Shown one piece after another: positions 46,834 through 56,931 of a stretch of 63,087 nucleotides of DNA. Source of the DNA: Alphaproteobacteria bacterium MarineAlpha3_Bin6. Its GTDB lineage: Bacteria > Pseudomonadota > Alphaproteobacteria > Rhodospirillales > UBA2165. Under the pieces are notes generated by a model. It was not told where the DNA came from, did no database searches, and worked only from the letters and a program-made list of their open reading frames with translations. The first letter of the stretch is position 1; each line of letters starts with the position of its first letter. Location: assembly GCA_002938035.1 (NCBI GenBank), contig PTLH01000001.1, positions 1 to 63,087 on the forward strand. Reading direction: 5' to 3'. The position numbers were made by a program, and so were the translations under genes.

Positions 46834-47805
46834 TTATTTTATAGCCAATGGATTGATGGGTGAACCGACTGCACCGGTTATGGGTAAGGCGGGTGCGACG
46901 AACATAAACTCATACGTGTTATCCTCGGCGCAGTCCTCTGCCAGCTCTTTCAAATAGAATATTTCGCCCATTGTAAGCCCCATTATAGGTATGGTAATCC
47001 AGTGCCAAGGTTGATTAATGCCTTCTTCACTCTCATTTGGACGCACTTCGCATCCCCACGTGTCCGATGCTAGTCCGGCAATTTGTTTGTCTTGGATCCA
47101 CTCTAATGTCTCAAATGAAAAACCAGGAGCGTCACCGCCGGGATATCCATCCCAACTCTCTTCTTTTAACTTAGTTTCCATTTGTCCTGTCCGTACGATT
47201 ACGAAGTCTCCACGACTAACCTCGACACCGTGAGCGTCTGCTGCTTCTTCTAGGTCCTTGCAGGTTATGCCGTAACCGTCTTCAAGGGCATCCTTTTCTT
47301 TAACTTTAGGTAAATCGAGAAAAACCCCCCTCCCCACCATTTTATTTTTGGTTTTTTCAATGCCGCATTTCTGGGCTCCAGCAGATGTCACTTCACGGCA
47401 GTCGTAACCATTCCACATGTAGTCTTCATAGAATATATGTCCTAATCCATCCCATTGAGTTCCGCACTGTAGGGGCATCACAACCATGTCGTCGGATGCC
47501 CGAATACCTCGATGGTCTAAAACACCAGAGTAGGCGTCTGTTCCCGTTCTCAACATCGTGTGAACGGGGTTAATTCGGCCCATAGAGGGGTATTTTGATT
47601 TAGCTCCTTGCGGTCCATTATTGTCAAAGTTAAGGGCCAGTGAAATTACTTTGCCCTTTTTCACCAACTGGGAAGCTTTGATTATATCTTCGGGTGAAGT
47701 GTAATTTAAGGTTCCGATTTCATCATCGTCTCCCCACTTTCCCCAATTTTTAAATTGTTCTGCGGCTGATTTTAAATCTTCTCTTGTTACTACTTTCTTC
47801 GACAT
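46834..47805 (-). CDS. putative cyclase family protein (kynurenine-formamidase-like fold)
   Basis: 323 aa. The CGTQWDGLGH segment resembles the HxGTHxDxPxH cyclase motif but is degenerate. Confidence 0.7.
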   Translation of the reverse strand: MSKKVVTREDLKSAAEQFKNWGKWGDDDEIGTLNYTSPEDIIKASQLVKKGKVISLALNFDNNGPQGAKSKYPSMGRINPVHTMLRTGTDAYSGVLDHRGIRASDDMVVMPLQCGTQWDGLGHIFYEDYMWNGYDCREVTSAGAQKCGIEKTKNKMVGRGVFLDLPKVKEKDALEDGYGITCKDLEEAADAHGVEVSRGDFVIVRTGQMETKLKEESWDGYPGGDAPGFSFETLEWIQDKQIAGLASDTWGCEVRPNESEEGINQPWHWITIPIMGLTMGEIFYLKELAEDCAEDNTYEFMFVAPALPITGAVGSPINPLAIK

Positions 47806-47867
47806 TGTATCACCATTAAAGTTTGAAATTCGTGTGGGTTAATGTTTAGACATTTATCGTTATGGCA

Positions 47868-49076
47868 TTAGCCATGCTCATAGTCTGCTAGGACCTTTCC
47901 TTCTTCTACATAAATGTCCTTTCGATAATTAGAGGGTCTGCCATTGTTAAGGGTCTCAAGTAACCAATCGGCAATACTTGGATAAATTTCTTCGGCAACT
48001 TCCCCCATCGGATGGAAAACTCCCTCATAAAGCCAAAGCTCGCTTGGACCGGCAAGAGAGGAGCGAAAAATTTCTAAATCTTTTGGCGTGCATAATTCGT
48101 CCATATCTCCTGCAACTAAGAGATGTGGAACCTTTACCTGTTTTGCTAAATCAGGTAACAGGTCGAGAGCTTGTACAAAATTATCAAACTTATCTTCATC
48201 TGTATATCCTGCCATATACATAAATATTCTTTTAAAGTTGGGTTGGGCTTGTTCGAATATTATATCGAAAGTTCCCACGTTGGCCATTTGTCCAACTACA
48301 GCCTTCACCCGGGGGTCATGTGCGGCAACCTGCACCCCCCAACGCGAACCCATACTGGTCCCGAAAACAGCTATTTTTTCGGCATCCACATCGTCCCGTT
48401 TGGTTAACCAGTCGATAACCTTTCCTGCGGCTAGTGCGTAATTGTTTTTGTCCTGCCAGACACCATTGATGTTACATTCCCCTTGCCCTGGCCCGTCCAT
48501 AGCGCAAATATTCATTCCCCGTTTGGTATAGTCATTGGAAAAGGGGTTTGGAAAATCTTCTTTGACCGCATCCATCCCCGGTAAATACAGAATTGTTGGT
48601 TTAGGTCCATCACCCTTTGCTTTGTGGAAGATAAAATAAGATTTTTTACCATCTACAAAGTCTACAGAATCGGCCTCCAATTCTCCTTCGGAGAGGGTTA
48701 TGACTTCGCTGTAACAGCGTCCTAATCCTTCATACCAGTTCTCTTTGTTTGGATCTTGGTGCACGGGAACCAGGTGCTGTGCCCTTCCATAACATAGCGC
48801 TGCCCGGTGAAAAAACTTCGCCGCTGATGAATTTCGATTAGAAGATTTAGCCTTTATTCCCAGCCTTTCAAGCGCAGTTGCGCGCTTTGCCCACGATTTT
48901 GGGAAAGAACGTCTTCCCGTGACTTTTGAGTATACAGCATGCAGATCTTCAAGCATAAAACCACGGTGTAACCTTGTTCCCATTATGCCCGGATGCAGAA
49001 CATCTTCATTGTCAGATAGCATTAAGAAATTATCAAATATCCAACCCTGATCAGATCGCAACTGTTGTTTAGCCAT
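47868..49076 (-). CDS. alpha/beta hydrolase with N-terminal helical domain (2,6-dihydropseudooxynicotine-hydrolase-like)
   Basis: 402 aa. Nucleophile elbow GTSMGS, and a C-terminal D...H (AGDMDE, FHPMG). Confidence 0.75.
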   Translation of the reverse strand: MAKQQLRSDQGWIFDNFLMLSDNEDVLHPGIMGTRLHRGFMLEDLHAVYSKVTGRRSFPKSWAKRATALERLGIKAKSSNRNSSAAKFFHRAALCYGRAQHLVPVHQDPNKENWYEGLGRCYSEVITLSEGELEADSVDFVDGKKSYFIFHKAKGDGPKPTILYLPGMDAVKEDFPNPFSNDYTKRGMNICAMDGPGQGECNINGVWQDKNNYALAAGKVIDWLTKRDDVDAEKIAVFGTSMGSRWGVQVAAHDPRVKAVVGQMANVGTFDIIFEQAQPNFKRIFMYMAGYTDEDKFDNFVQALDLLPDLAKQVKVPHLLVAGDMDELCTPKDLEIFRSSLAGPSELWLYEGVFHPMGEVAEEIYPSIADWLLETLNNGRPSNYRKDIYVEEGKVLADYEHG

Positions 49077-49116
49077 AAATTAAATTTCCTTTTGACTAGG
49101 ATTTTGATTGATCCAT

Positions 49117-50280
49117 TTAATTTTCTTTAAAAACTTCGGCAACCCAATCAGACATGTATTCGATTGCCAATTTGCAATTATCTACTTGGCAATGTTCAAC
49201 ACCCCCATCCTCCGCCCTAAACACTTTTAATTCAGCACGTGGACTGTTGATTGCTCCTTCTATTGTTTTTTCTGCCAATCTCAATGGAATTTGGCGGTCA
49301 CTCTCCCCGTGTACTACAAGAATAGGGCAGCGAATGTTGATTAGTGCCTCATTAAGTGACATTTTGCCGGTAATATCGATTATTTCCTCGCGGGAGGAAG
49401 CGCCCAAAACCCAACGCATGTGCTCCTCCCAGTGGGATACCGATAAATTTGTGCCCGAACCTTCCAATCGATCTTTAGTAATTTTCCCGTAGTCATTAAT
49501 GGCACCCCATGCAACAACGCAGCTTAATCTACTTTCAAAACCTGCTGCACGAGGGGCATAATATCCACCCAGGCTGATACCTGCGACACCAATTTTTTTT
49601 GGATCTACATCTTCGCGACTTTCCAGATAATCAACAGCAGCTGAAGCAGGTTCCTCAGTTTCAGGCGATAGTTTTAGGTCCTTGAGGCGAAGAGCCTCCC
49701 CCACACCAGGATGATCTAATAAAAGAGTAGAAATGCCCCGTCGGGCATACTGTTGTGGCACACCAATCAAGAACAGAAATTCTTTCATGACGTCCAGCCC
49801 GTCGAAGTGGATTATGCAGGGTGAATTTGATTTTTTTGAGTATTCTTGTGCCGGATAAAAAAGTCCTGGGAGGCATGTGTCTTTAAAGGGGATTTCAACT
49901 CTGGTTACTGGATCTCTCAAACTTCTCACACCCAAATTAAAGCAATCTAGCATTTTCTTATAAGTTTTTAGTCGCAATGGCGAATTGGATTTGCACATCC
50001 TTTCAGCCGTCATGAAATAGCAGGCAGCGCGAAGCAATTTTTCCCCAGAACTAACATTAAAGTTTAAATTGGCATCTGCTTCAGCTAGCCTTCTGTTTCT
50101 TTCTCCCAACTTCGACCATGCGTCATGCCACGCTTGATTGGCCTTTTCGTCATTGGCTCCGGCGATATCTCTTAAGTTGGATAATACCTCATCTATTTCA
50201 GAGATGACCCCACCGGCATTTACAGCCATTACGGTAGCCATAGACCAGGGGTAATTCGTAGGAAAATATTCAAACATCAT
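49117..50280 (-). CDS. alpha/beta hydrolase, paralog of the preceding gene
   Basis: 387 aa. Nucleophile elbow GISLGG, HGESD, GVEHC. Same domain layout as 47868-49076. Confidence 0.75.
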   Translation of the reverse strand: MMFEYFPTNYPWSMATVMAVNAGGVISEIDEVLSNLRDIAGANDEKANQAWHDAWSKLGERNRRLAEADANLNFNVSSGEKLLRAACYFMTAERMCKSNSPLRLKTYKKMLDCFNLGVRSLRDPVTRVEIPFKDTCLPGLFYPAQEYSKKSNSPCIIHFDGLDVMKEFLFLIGVPQQYARRGISTLLLDHPGVGEALRLKDLKLSPETEEPASAAVDYLESREDVDPKKIGVAGISLGGYYAPRAAGFESRLSCVVAWGAINDYGKITKDRLEGSGTNLSVSHWEEHMRWVLGASSREEIIDITGKMSLNEALINIRCPILVVHGESDRQIPLRLAEKTIEGAINSPRAELKVFRAEDGGVEHCQVDNCKLAIEYMSDWVAEVFKEN

Positions 50281-50363
50281 TGTTCTGGGACCTGAAAATT
50301 AGATGATCAGAGAGATAATATATTTTGTAGAGACAATTTGGATAATTTTTTAAGGCGGATCAA

Positions 50364-51476
50364 TTACTCGTCTCTGGTAACGTGTTTGGATAAACGTTCG
50401 AGAGAAACCTCATCCATTTCAACGCCAAGGCCGTAACCACTTGGCACACTTACGTTTCCATTCAAAATACTGATTGGTTCTTTAACTATATCCGTTGCTG
50501 CATATTGATTGGTAATGCTTAGGCCCCAATCAATTTGAGGAATAGCTGCTGCCAAGTGGCTGACGGCAGCGCTAGCTATGCTGGTTTCACAGATTTTTCC
50601 CGCTAGGTTTACCTTCATTCCCACTTGATCGGACAACTCTGCCGCCTTTAAAGCTTTCATAACTCCACCAAGCTTGATCATCTTTAAGCTGCCGCCGGCA
50701 GCTGCACCGCTTTCTTTATGTAACACAATGTCAGAAAGACTATGTAGACCTTCATCGGCACCTATAGGGGTGCTAGATGCTTGAGCAATTGATTTCATTC
50801 CATCTAGGTCGTTGCCCATGACTGGTTGTTCAATAAAGTCAAGTAAACCACTAACTCCTTCAACAAATCTTATTGCTTCGGTACGTTCCCACGACTGATT
50901 TGCATCTGCTGACAATTGGCGGGATTTCCCAACAATTTTACGGATTGCTTCCACTCGCGAGACGTCTTCATTTATGGGGTTTCCACCAACTTTAACTTTA
51001 AATGATTGAAAACCTTCATCTAACTTGAATTGTGCTTCTTCGCTATCAGCTTCAAGTTTGCCAACAGCTAACATCCATAACACTGGGATTTTGCTCCTTT
51101 TCACTCCTCCCAGTAATTCTGACATAGATTTTTTTTGAATTTTACCAACTACATCGTAAAACCCGATTTCTAAGGCCGCCTTGGCACTGCTGTTGCCATA
51201 AAGAAAATGATCCATCAGCTTCATATTCTCTTGGAAAGACGATACATTCCGGCCAATTAAGTGAGGTGTAAGATACATTACGGCGGCATCCATACTGGCA
51301 ATTGTTTCGCCTGTCATCGTTGGTGCAGCAGGAGCTTCTCCCCAGCCGATGGAACCATCTTCCGTTTTAACACGAACCAATAAATTTTCGCTTTCAGTAT
51401 AAAGTATTCCCCCCATTTTTATTTCTTGTTTAAGTGGAATGGTAATAGCTATCGGAGTAATCGATTTAATTTTCAT
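50364..51476 (-). CDS. enolase-superfamily enzyme (mandelate racemase / muconate lactonizing / dipeptide epimerase-like)
   Basis: 370 aa. FKVKVGG, ADANQSW, IEQP and ADEG metal/catalytic motifs. Confidence 0.85.
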   Translation of the reverse strand: MKIKSITPIAITIPLKQEIKMGGILYTESENLLVRVKTEDGSIGWGEAPAAPTMTGETIASMDAAVMYLTPHLIGRNVSSFQENMKLMDHFLYGNSSAKAALEIGFYDVVGKIQKKSMSELLGGVKRSKIPVLWMLAVGKLEADSEEAQFKLDEGFQSFKVKVGGNPINEDVSRVEAIRKIVGKSRQLSADANQSWERTEAIRFVEGVSGLLDFIEQPVMGNDLDGMKSIAQASSTPIGADEGLHSLSDIVLHKESGAAAGGSLKMIKLGGVMKALKAAELSDQVGMKVNLAGKICETSIASAAVSHLAAAIPQIDWGLSITNQYAATDIVKEPISILNGNVSVPSGYGLGVEMDEVSLERLSKHVTRDE

Positions 51477-51511
51477 TTGTTTTAATTTCTGAAATTTGAT
51501 GGACGTTCAAA

Positions 51512-52126
51512 CTAAACTATAAGTTTACTTAGATAACGTCGTATTTCTTCTTCCATTTTATCATTAAAGGTTCCCATTAGTTTTTCAACCAAACCAAACC
51601 AGATCTGACGACGCTCAGTGAGTGATGTATCCTCTCTCACTGTCTGTGTCCAAGTCGCTCTCGATGTTACGGCAGCTATAATTATCCCTTTATTATCAAG
51701 AATTTCTAAGCGGGCTTCCACTATAGCGTCATAACGTTCCGAAGCTTCCTGCTTAAACAAACCTTTAAACGACTTATCCGTCTTAAGCCTGGTTTCGGTA
51801 ACATTTGCTTTGAGTATTGAGAACCGCGCAGTTCCGCTATTGCCGGCAATCTGCAGACGATCTAGTGCCCATTTTTTGACTGCTTCATGAGGAGAAATGG
51901 GAAAACGGTGTCCCACGTTAGGCGGTTCTGTATTGTTGTCGGTTTGGGAAGCCATCTGGATCTTAGCTACCCGCAGAGAGATCGGTTCCAGATGCTTGAA
52001 CGTTAGTTCAGGAAGACTGTTGTCTGGGACTGTCGTGCAGGCTCCCAACAGCATAAAAAGTGCTATTAATATCACCGAATTCAATTTTGATATGTACATT
52101 AATTTATGGTGCCATGTGCCAAACAT
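51512..52126 (-). CDS. hypothetical lipoprotein
   Basis: Lipobox LLGAC after a hydrophobic segment. The start is probably the internal Met (MYISKLN, about 52096). No family recognised. Confidence 0.55.
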   Translation of the reverse strand: MFGTWHHKLMYISKLNSVILIALFMLLGACTTVPDNSLPELTFKHLEPISLRVAKIQMASQTDNNTEPPNVGHRFPISPHEAVKKWALDRLQIAGNSGTARFSILKANVTETRLKTDKSFKGLFKQEASERYDAIVEARLEILDNKGIIIAAVTSRATWTQTVREDTSLTERRQIWFGLVEKLMGTFNDKMEEEIRRYLSKLIV

Positions 52127-52211
52127 CCATTCAAGGGTGCTAACACTTAATTGGTTTTTGAATACAGAAGTTTGAACGAAAGAAAGAACCGAATCAAGCC
52201 GTCGGCAGGTA

Positions 52212-53123
52212 TCAGAAACCCAGACACCAGGCTAATATACCCTTTTGGGCATGGAGCCTATTTTCTGCCTCATCCCATATAACTGATTGAGGGCCGTCGA
52301 TCACCTCATCCGTCACCTCTTCACCGCGATGAGCAGGAAGACAGTGCATAAATAGTGCATTACTTTTAGCCTTGGCCATCAAAGAGGCATTTACTTGGTA
52401 AGGTGACAGAAGATCTAGTCGTTTTGATCGTTCTTGGTCATCACCCATGGAAACCCAAGTGTCGGTGAGAACGCAATCCGCACCATCTACGGCCTCTCTT
52501 GCATCCAAACATACCGTGACATGGCCACCTTCTCTTTTCGCCCACTCAATTTTCTCTTGGTTAACTACCAATGATGGAGGGGTTGCAATACGGAATTCAA
52601 ATCCTAGTCTGACCGAAGCATGCAACCAAGAAGCAGCTACGTTGTTTCCGTCCCCAACCCAAGCGACGATTTTACCTTCGATGGATCCTCGATGCTCTTC
52701 GAAGGTAAGAATATCGGCCATAATTTGGCATGGATGAGACTCATCCGTCAGACCGTTGATCACCGGAATTGAAGAAAATGTTGCCAAATCCAATAATTTC
52801 TGGTGGGCGTCGGTACGGAGCATAATGATATTGGCGTAGCAAGAGAGAACCCTAGCGGTATCTGCAACCGTTTCACCTCGACCCAATTGGGAATCTTTTT
52901 CGCTCATTGCAACGACGTTTCCACCAAGCTGTTGCATTCCGACTTCGAAGGATACACGTGTCCGAGTTGAAGGTTTTTCAAACATCATTACGAGGGTCTT
53001 ACCTTTAAAAATTGCCTCCTTCCCATCTTGCCCGTTTTTAAATCGGGCAGCCTGTTCAAGAATGGATCTAAGTATTGAAAGGTCTAACCTATCGATATCC
53101 AAAAAATGGCGTAATTTTGACAC
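52212..53123 (-). CDS. argF: ornithine carbamoyltransferase
   Basis: FEKPSTRTR, SMG and HCLPA motifs. 303 aa. Confidence 0.92.
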   Translation of the reverse strand: MSKLRHFLDIDRLDLSILRSILEQAARFKNGQDGKEAIFKGKTLVMMFEKPSTRTRVSFEVGMQQLGGNVVAMSEKDSQLGRGETVADTARVLSCYANIIMLRTDAHQKLLDLATFSSIPVINGLTDESHPCQIMADILTFEEHRGSIEGKIVAWVGDGNNVAASWLHASVRLGFEFRIATPPSLVVNQEKIEWAKREGGHVTVCLDAREAVDGADCVLTDTWVSMGDDQERSKRLDLLSPYQVNASLMAKAKSNALFMHCLPAHRGEEVTDEVIDGPQSVIWDEAENRLHAQKGILAWCLGF

Positions 53124-53135
53124 GGTGACTGTTCC

Positions 53136-54311
53136 CTAATTCTCTAAATCTGTGCAAGCATGATGGAGGAGAAAAATGGCTTCTTCTATGTGGGATGTTT
53201 CAACTATCAAGGGGGGAATAAAGCGAACCACATTATTGCCAGCTGCAACAGTCAACATACCCTCTTCCTCGAGTTTTTTGACGAGATCGGTATTAGACCC
53301 CTTGCATTCGACGCCTGTAAGAAGGCCTTGGCCACGTACCTCGCCAAGAATTTTAGGGTGGGCCTTAGCAGTTTCCAAAAGCCCTTTATGGAGAATAACT
53401 GACATTTCCTGGACGTGATCTAGAAAGCCGTCCCCAAGCATTACATCCAAAACAGCATTGGCCGCAGCCATGGCCAAAGGATTACCCCCAAATGTAGAGC
53501 CGTGACTACCCGGAGCCATAGATGAACTGACTTCCTCAGAAGCTAAACATGCGCCAACGGGAAAACCCCCACCCATACCTTTAGCAACGGCTAAAACGTC
53601 AGGTTTAATATCAGTCCATTGATAAGAAAACAGTTTGCCAGTACGCCCCATGCCAGTTTGAACCTCATCTAAAAAGAGGAGGAGATCAAATTCATCTGCC
53701 GTTTCACGCAATTTGTTGAGGTAGTCTTCGGAGGCATCATTGATTCCACCCTCACCCTGCACAGGTTCTATCAAAATAGCAGCAGTTTCATCCGAGATCA
53801 TTGCCCGCATCTCATTTAGATTTCCAAAAGCGACCTGATCAAATCCGCCTAACATCGGAGAAAACCCAGCCATGTGCTTTTCCTGTTTAGCCGCCGAAAT
53901 TGTTGCTAGCGTCCGACCGTGAAAACTATTGGTACAGGTTATTACTCTATTACGGCTTGGGTTATCTTTCTCGTGATGATATCGCCTCACCACTTTTAGA
54001 CCACATTCCACTGCCTCAGCTCCCGAATTACAAAAAAACACGGTTGATGGAAAGGTTTCTTCAACAAGACGTTGCGCCATTCTTTCTTGGCCTGGAATTC
54101 CATAAAGATTGGAAAAGTGAAGCACCTTTTCAGCTTGATCCTTAATGGCGTTAACCAAGTGAGGATGTCCGTGACCAAGCGCAGAAACAGCTATGCCCGA
54201 ACAAAAATCCATATATTTTTTGCCTTCAGTCGAGTAAAGATAGACACCCTCTCCCCGTTCAAAGGAAATGCTTGGTGAACCATAAGTAGGCATGATGGAG
54301 GACATCGACAA
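53136..54311 (-). CDS. argD: acetylornithine aminotransferase (class III PLP aminotransferase)
   Basis: 391 aa. LLFLDEVQTGMGRTG, and PLP lysine in the context DVLAVAKGMGGG. Confidence 0.9.
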   Translation of the reverse strand: MSMSSIMPTYGSPSISFERGEGVYLYSTEGKKYMDFCSGIAVSALGHGHPHLVNAIKDQAEKVLHFSNLYGIPGQERMAQRLVEETFPSTVFFCNSGAEAVECGLKVVRRYHHEKDNPSRNRVITCTNSFHGRTLATISAAKQEKHMAGFSPMLGGFDQVAFGNLNEMRAMISDETAAILIEPVQGEGGINDASEDYLNKLRETADEFDLLLFLDEVQTGMGRTGKLFSYQWTDIKPDVLAVAKGMGGGFPVGACLASEEVSSSMAPGSHGSTFGGNPLAMAAANAVLDVMLGDGFLDHVQEMSVILHKGLLETAKAHPKILGEVRGQGLLTGVECKGSNTDLVKKLEEEGMLTVAAGNNVVRFIPPLIVETSHIEEAIFLLHHACTDLEN

Positions 54312-54407
54312 TATCTCCTAAACACATCGGGACGGTACGACAGCCGTCCCACAATTATAACCCAAATTATCTAAATCAGAACCCGGCGTGTCAATCTTAA
54401 AGCTTTT

Positions 54408-55217
54408 CTAAGATTTGAGTTTGTACCCACTCCTAAAGAGGTAAACGCAGAAAAACCAAAGTGACAGGTTCAATATAATTATGGTTATGGCTCCCAATTC
54501 CAGAGATCCGTCGGCGTAGCCAAAACAACCAAACCGGAAGCCGTCAATGATATAGAATATAGGATTAAACAATACGATAGTTTGAAAAAGGTCGGGTAGA
54601 TGTTTAGTAGAATAGAATGTTCCCGATAGGAAAACTAAAGGTAAGATTATAAAGTTATTGACTGATGCAACATGATCAATCTTTTCAGCCCAAATAGATG
54701 TTATTAGCCCCAAGAGAGACATGAATAGCACGGCGCCTAAAGCATAAAAAATCATGATCGGCCATGAGTGAACACTTACGGGTACGAATATATTGATTGA
54801 AAAACCAACCATCGCCGTAACTAATAGCCCACGTGTTGAACTGGCAAAGATGTAACCTGCCGTCAGTTCTCCCGGTGACAAAGGGGGCATTAATGTATCA
54901 GGGATACACCGTATCATTTTTTCAAACATTAAGGCGAATGAGGAGTTAGCAAAGCTGCCAGTCATCCCTGCCATTAATGCGAGGCCAGGGATAAGGAACT
55001 GCGAAAAAGGTATGTTAGAAGCGGATCGGCCTTCTCCCTCAAAGGCTAAATTAAAAATAGAGAGGAATAATAGGGCTGTTATTACTGGTGCAAACAGGTT
55101 TTGAATATATGATTTGGAAAAACGATTAATTTCCCGCCGGTATAACGACCAGGTCCCTATAATATTCCAATAGCCCAACATAGGTCGGGTTTGAGGTCTC
55201 TGATATAACAGTTTCAT
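54408..55217 (-). CDS. ABC-2 type transporter permease, paralog 3
   Basis: 269 aa, 6 TM segments. Shares LMPPLSPGEL, FLSGTFYS, NPIFYIIDGFRFG and a C-terminal GYKLK with the two upstream genes. Confidence 0.8.
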   Translation of the reverse strand: MKLLYQRPQTRPMLGYWNIIGTWSLYRREINRFSKSYIQNLFAPVITALLFLSIFNLAFEGEGRSASNIPFSQFLIPGLALMAGMTGSFANSSFALMFEKMIRCIPDTLMPPLSPGELTAGYIFASSTRGLLVTAMVGFSINIFVPVSVHSWPIMIFYALGAVLFMSLLGLITSIWAEKIDHVASVNNFIILPLVFLSGTFYSTKHLPDLFQTIVLFNPIFYIIDGFRFGCFGYADGSLELGAITIIILNLSLWFFCVYLFRSGYKLKS

Positions 55218-55221
55218 ATTA

Positions 55222-56019
55222 CTACGCTTTTAGCTTGTAACCATTTCGGAGCAGAAAATAACAAGCTAACCATAACATTATATTGGACACCGCTATTACA
55301 GTTAGTCCAACTAAAAGAGAACCGTCTGAATAACCGGTAAAACCATATCTAAACCCATCGATTAAATAGAAAAATGGATTAAAATAGCTAAATGTCCTCA
55401 GAATATCGGGGAAACGTTCCACAGAAAAGAAAGTGCCGCTTAAAAACGACAAGGGTAGAATGATAAAGTTTGTTACAGTCGAGACGTGGTCAAATTTTTC
55501 TGCCCAAATGCCGGTAATCATTCCAATTGCTGACATCATTGATGCGGCGCCTAAACCGTAAATGATAACAAAGATAACACTATGCACACCAATCGGAGTT
55601 ATAAGAATTAGAGTTAGACCTACACTGATCGCCACAAAAACGCCCCTCGTTGCTCCTCCGAGTATATAACCTATCGAAAGTTCGAGTGGGCTTAGCGGTG
55701 GCATTAAAACATCAACGATGCTCTCATTCAGTTTTTGTTGAATCAAAGAAGTTGATGTATTGGTAAAAGAGGTTTGTAATATTGTCATCATGATAAGACC
55801 TGGTCCAAGAAATACGACATAGGGAACACCGGAGACCATTCTGTTGCTGCCAAAAATGACAGAGAAGACGGCCAAAAATAATAGTGTTGTAATGACAGGT
55901 GCTATCAGCGTTTGGCTGAATATCTTAAAGAAACGCTGAACTTCTTTTACGTATAGTGTTTTTACGCCCATCCAATTGGCAAGACCCAAGGATGGGCGGG
56001 TAGTTGGCGTGTTGACCAT
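55222..56019 (-). CDS. ABC-2 type transporter permease, paralog 2
   Basis: 265 aa, 6 TM segments. LMPPLSPLEL, FLSGTFFS, NPFFYLIDGFRYG, GYKLK. Confidence 0.8.
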   Translation of the reverse strand: MVNTPTTRPSLGLANWMGVKTLYVKEVQRFFKIFSQTLIAPVITTLLFLAVFSVIFGSNRMVSGVPYVVFLGPGLIMMTILQTSFTNTSTSLIQQKLNESIVDVLMPPLSPLELSIGYILGGATRGVFVAISVGLTLILITPIGVHSVIFVIIYGLGAASMMSAIGMITGIWAEKFDHVSTVTNFIILPLSFLSGTFFSVERFPDILRTFSYFNPFFYLIDGFRYGFTGYSDGSLLVGLTVIAVSNIMLWLACYFLLRNGYKLKA

Positions 56020-56027
56020 ATCAAGGA

Positions 56028-56819
56028 TTACGGTTTTAATTTATAGCCAGTCGCAAACATGCGCCAGCATATCATCCATAAGATGGTATTTATAACCACA
56101 AGGAATACGGCACCAAACAATAACGGGCCGTCCGATTGCCCCGTAAAGCCAGCCCTTAATCCATCTATGGCGTAAAAAAAAGGGTTGATTAGCGCGACAA
56201 ACTGAAGGTTTTCAGGCATGCGGTCAATGGAGTAAAAGGTCCCCGACAAAAACGAGAGAGGCGTGATGATAAATCCATTTATTACTGTCATGTGGTCTTG
56301 ACGGTTAGCCCAGACGCCTCCAATGATGCCAACCATAGCAAGCATATAGGATGCCGTAGCGGCATAGAAAATGATGAGCAGAACATTATTGACGTTCATA
56401 TCTACAAAAAGGCTTACAGCAAGCCCGACAGCACAACCGACAACTATCCCTCTGGTCGCACCACCGCTTGCATAGGCCAAAACTAATTCGTTAGCTGTTA
56501 GGGGCGGCATCAAGGTATCAATGATGTTACCCTGCATCTTTGCTGCCATTATCGAGGAGGCAGCGTTGGCGAAGGAGTTCTGAATTATTGCCATCATGAT
56601 GAGGCCTGGAGCTAGAAATTCTATAAAAGGAACTCCATTTATGTCACCGCGTAGTTTTCCAATTGCGAGTGTGAAGATAGCTAGAAAGACCAAGGTGGTA
56701 ATCACCGGTGCTAAAATTGTTTGGATATAAACTTTTGAGAACCGACGAATTTCCCGCATATATAATGTTCTAAGTCCAAGCCAGTTTTTAAGGCCTAGAA
56801 GAGGGCGGGTTACGATCAT
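56028..56819 (-). CDS. ABC-2 type transporter permease, paralog 1
   Basis: 263 aa, 6 TM segments. LMPPLTANEL, FLSGTFYS, NPFFYAIDGLRAG, GYKLK. Confidence 0.8.
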   Translation of the reverse strand: MIVTRPLLGLKNWLGLRTLYMREIRRFSKVYIQTILAPVITTLVFLAIFTLAIGKLRGDINGVPFIEFLAPGLIMMAIIQNSFANAASSIMAAKMQGNIIDTLMPPLTANELVLAYASGGATRGIVVGCAVGLAVSLFVDMNVNNVLLIIFYAATASYMLAMVGIIGGVWANRQDHMTVINGFIITPLSFLSGTFYSIDRMPENLQFVALINPFFYAIDGLRAGFTGQSDGPLLFGAVFLVVINTILWMICWRMFATGYKLKP

Positions 56820-56931
56820 TGGTACCTCGTGATGGTTGTTTGGATCTGATATAACGGGAAAAGCATAAATGCCAGTAATTTAACTAGTCGCAGCACACTT
56901 AGGATTAGTATTGATCGAACAAAAAAAACAT

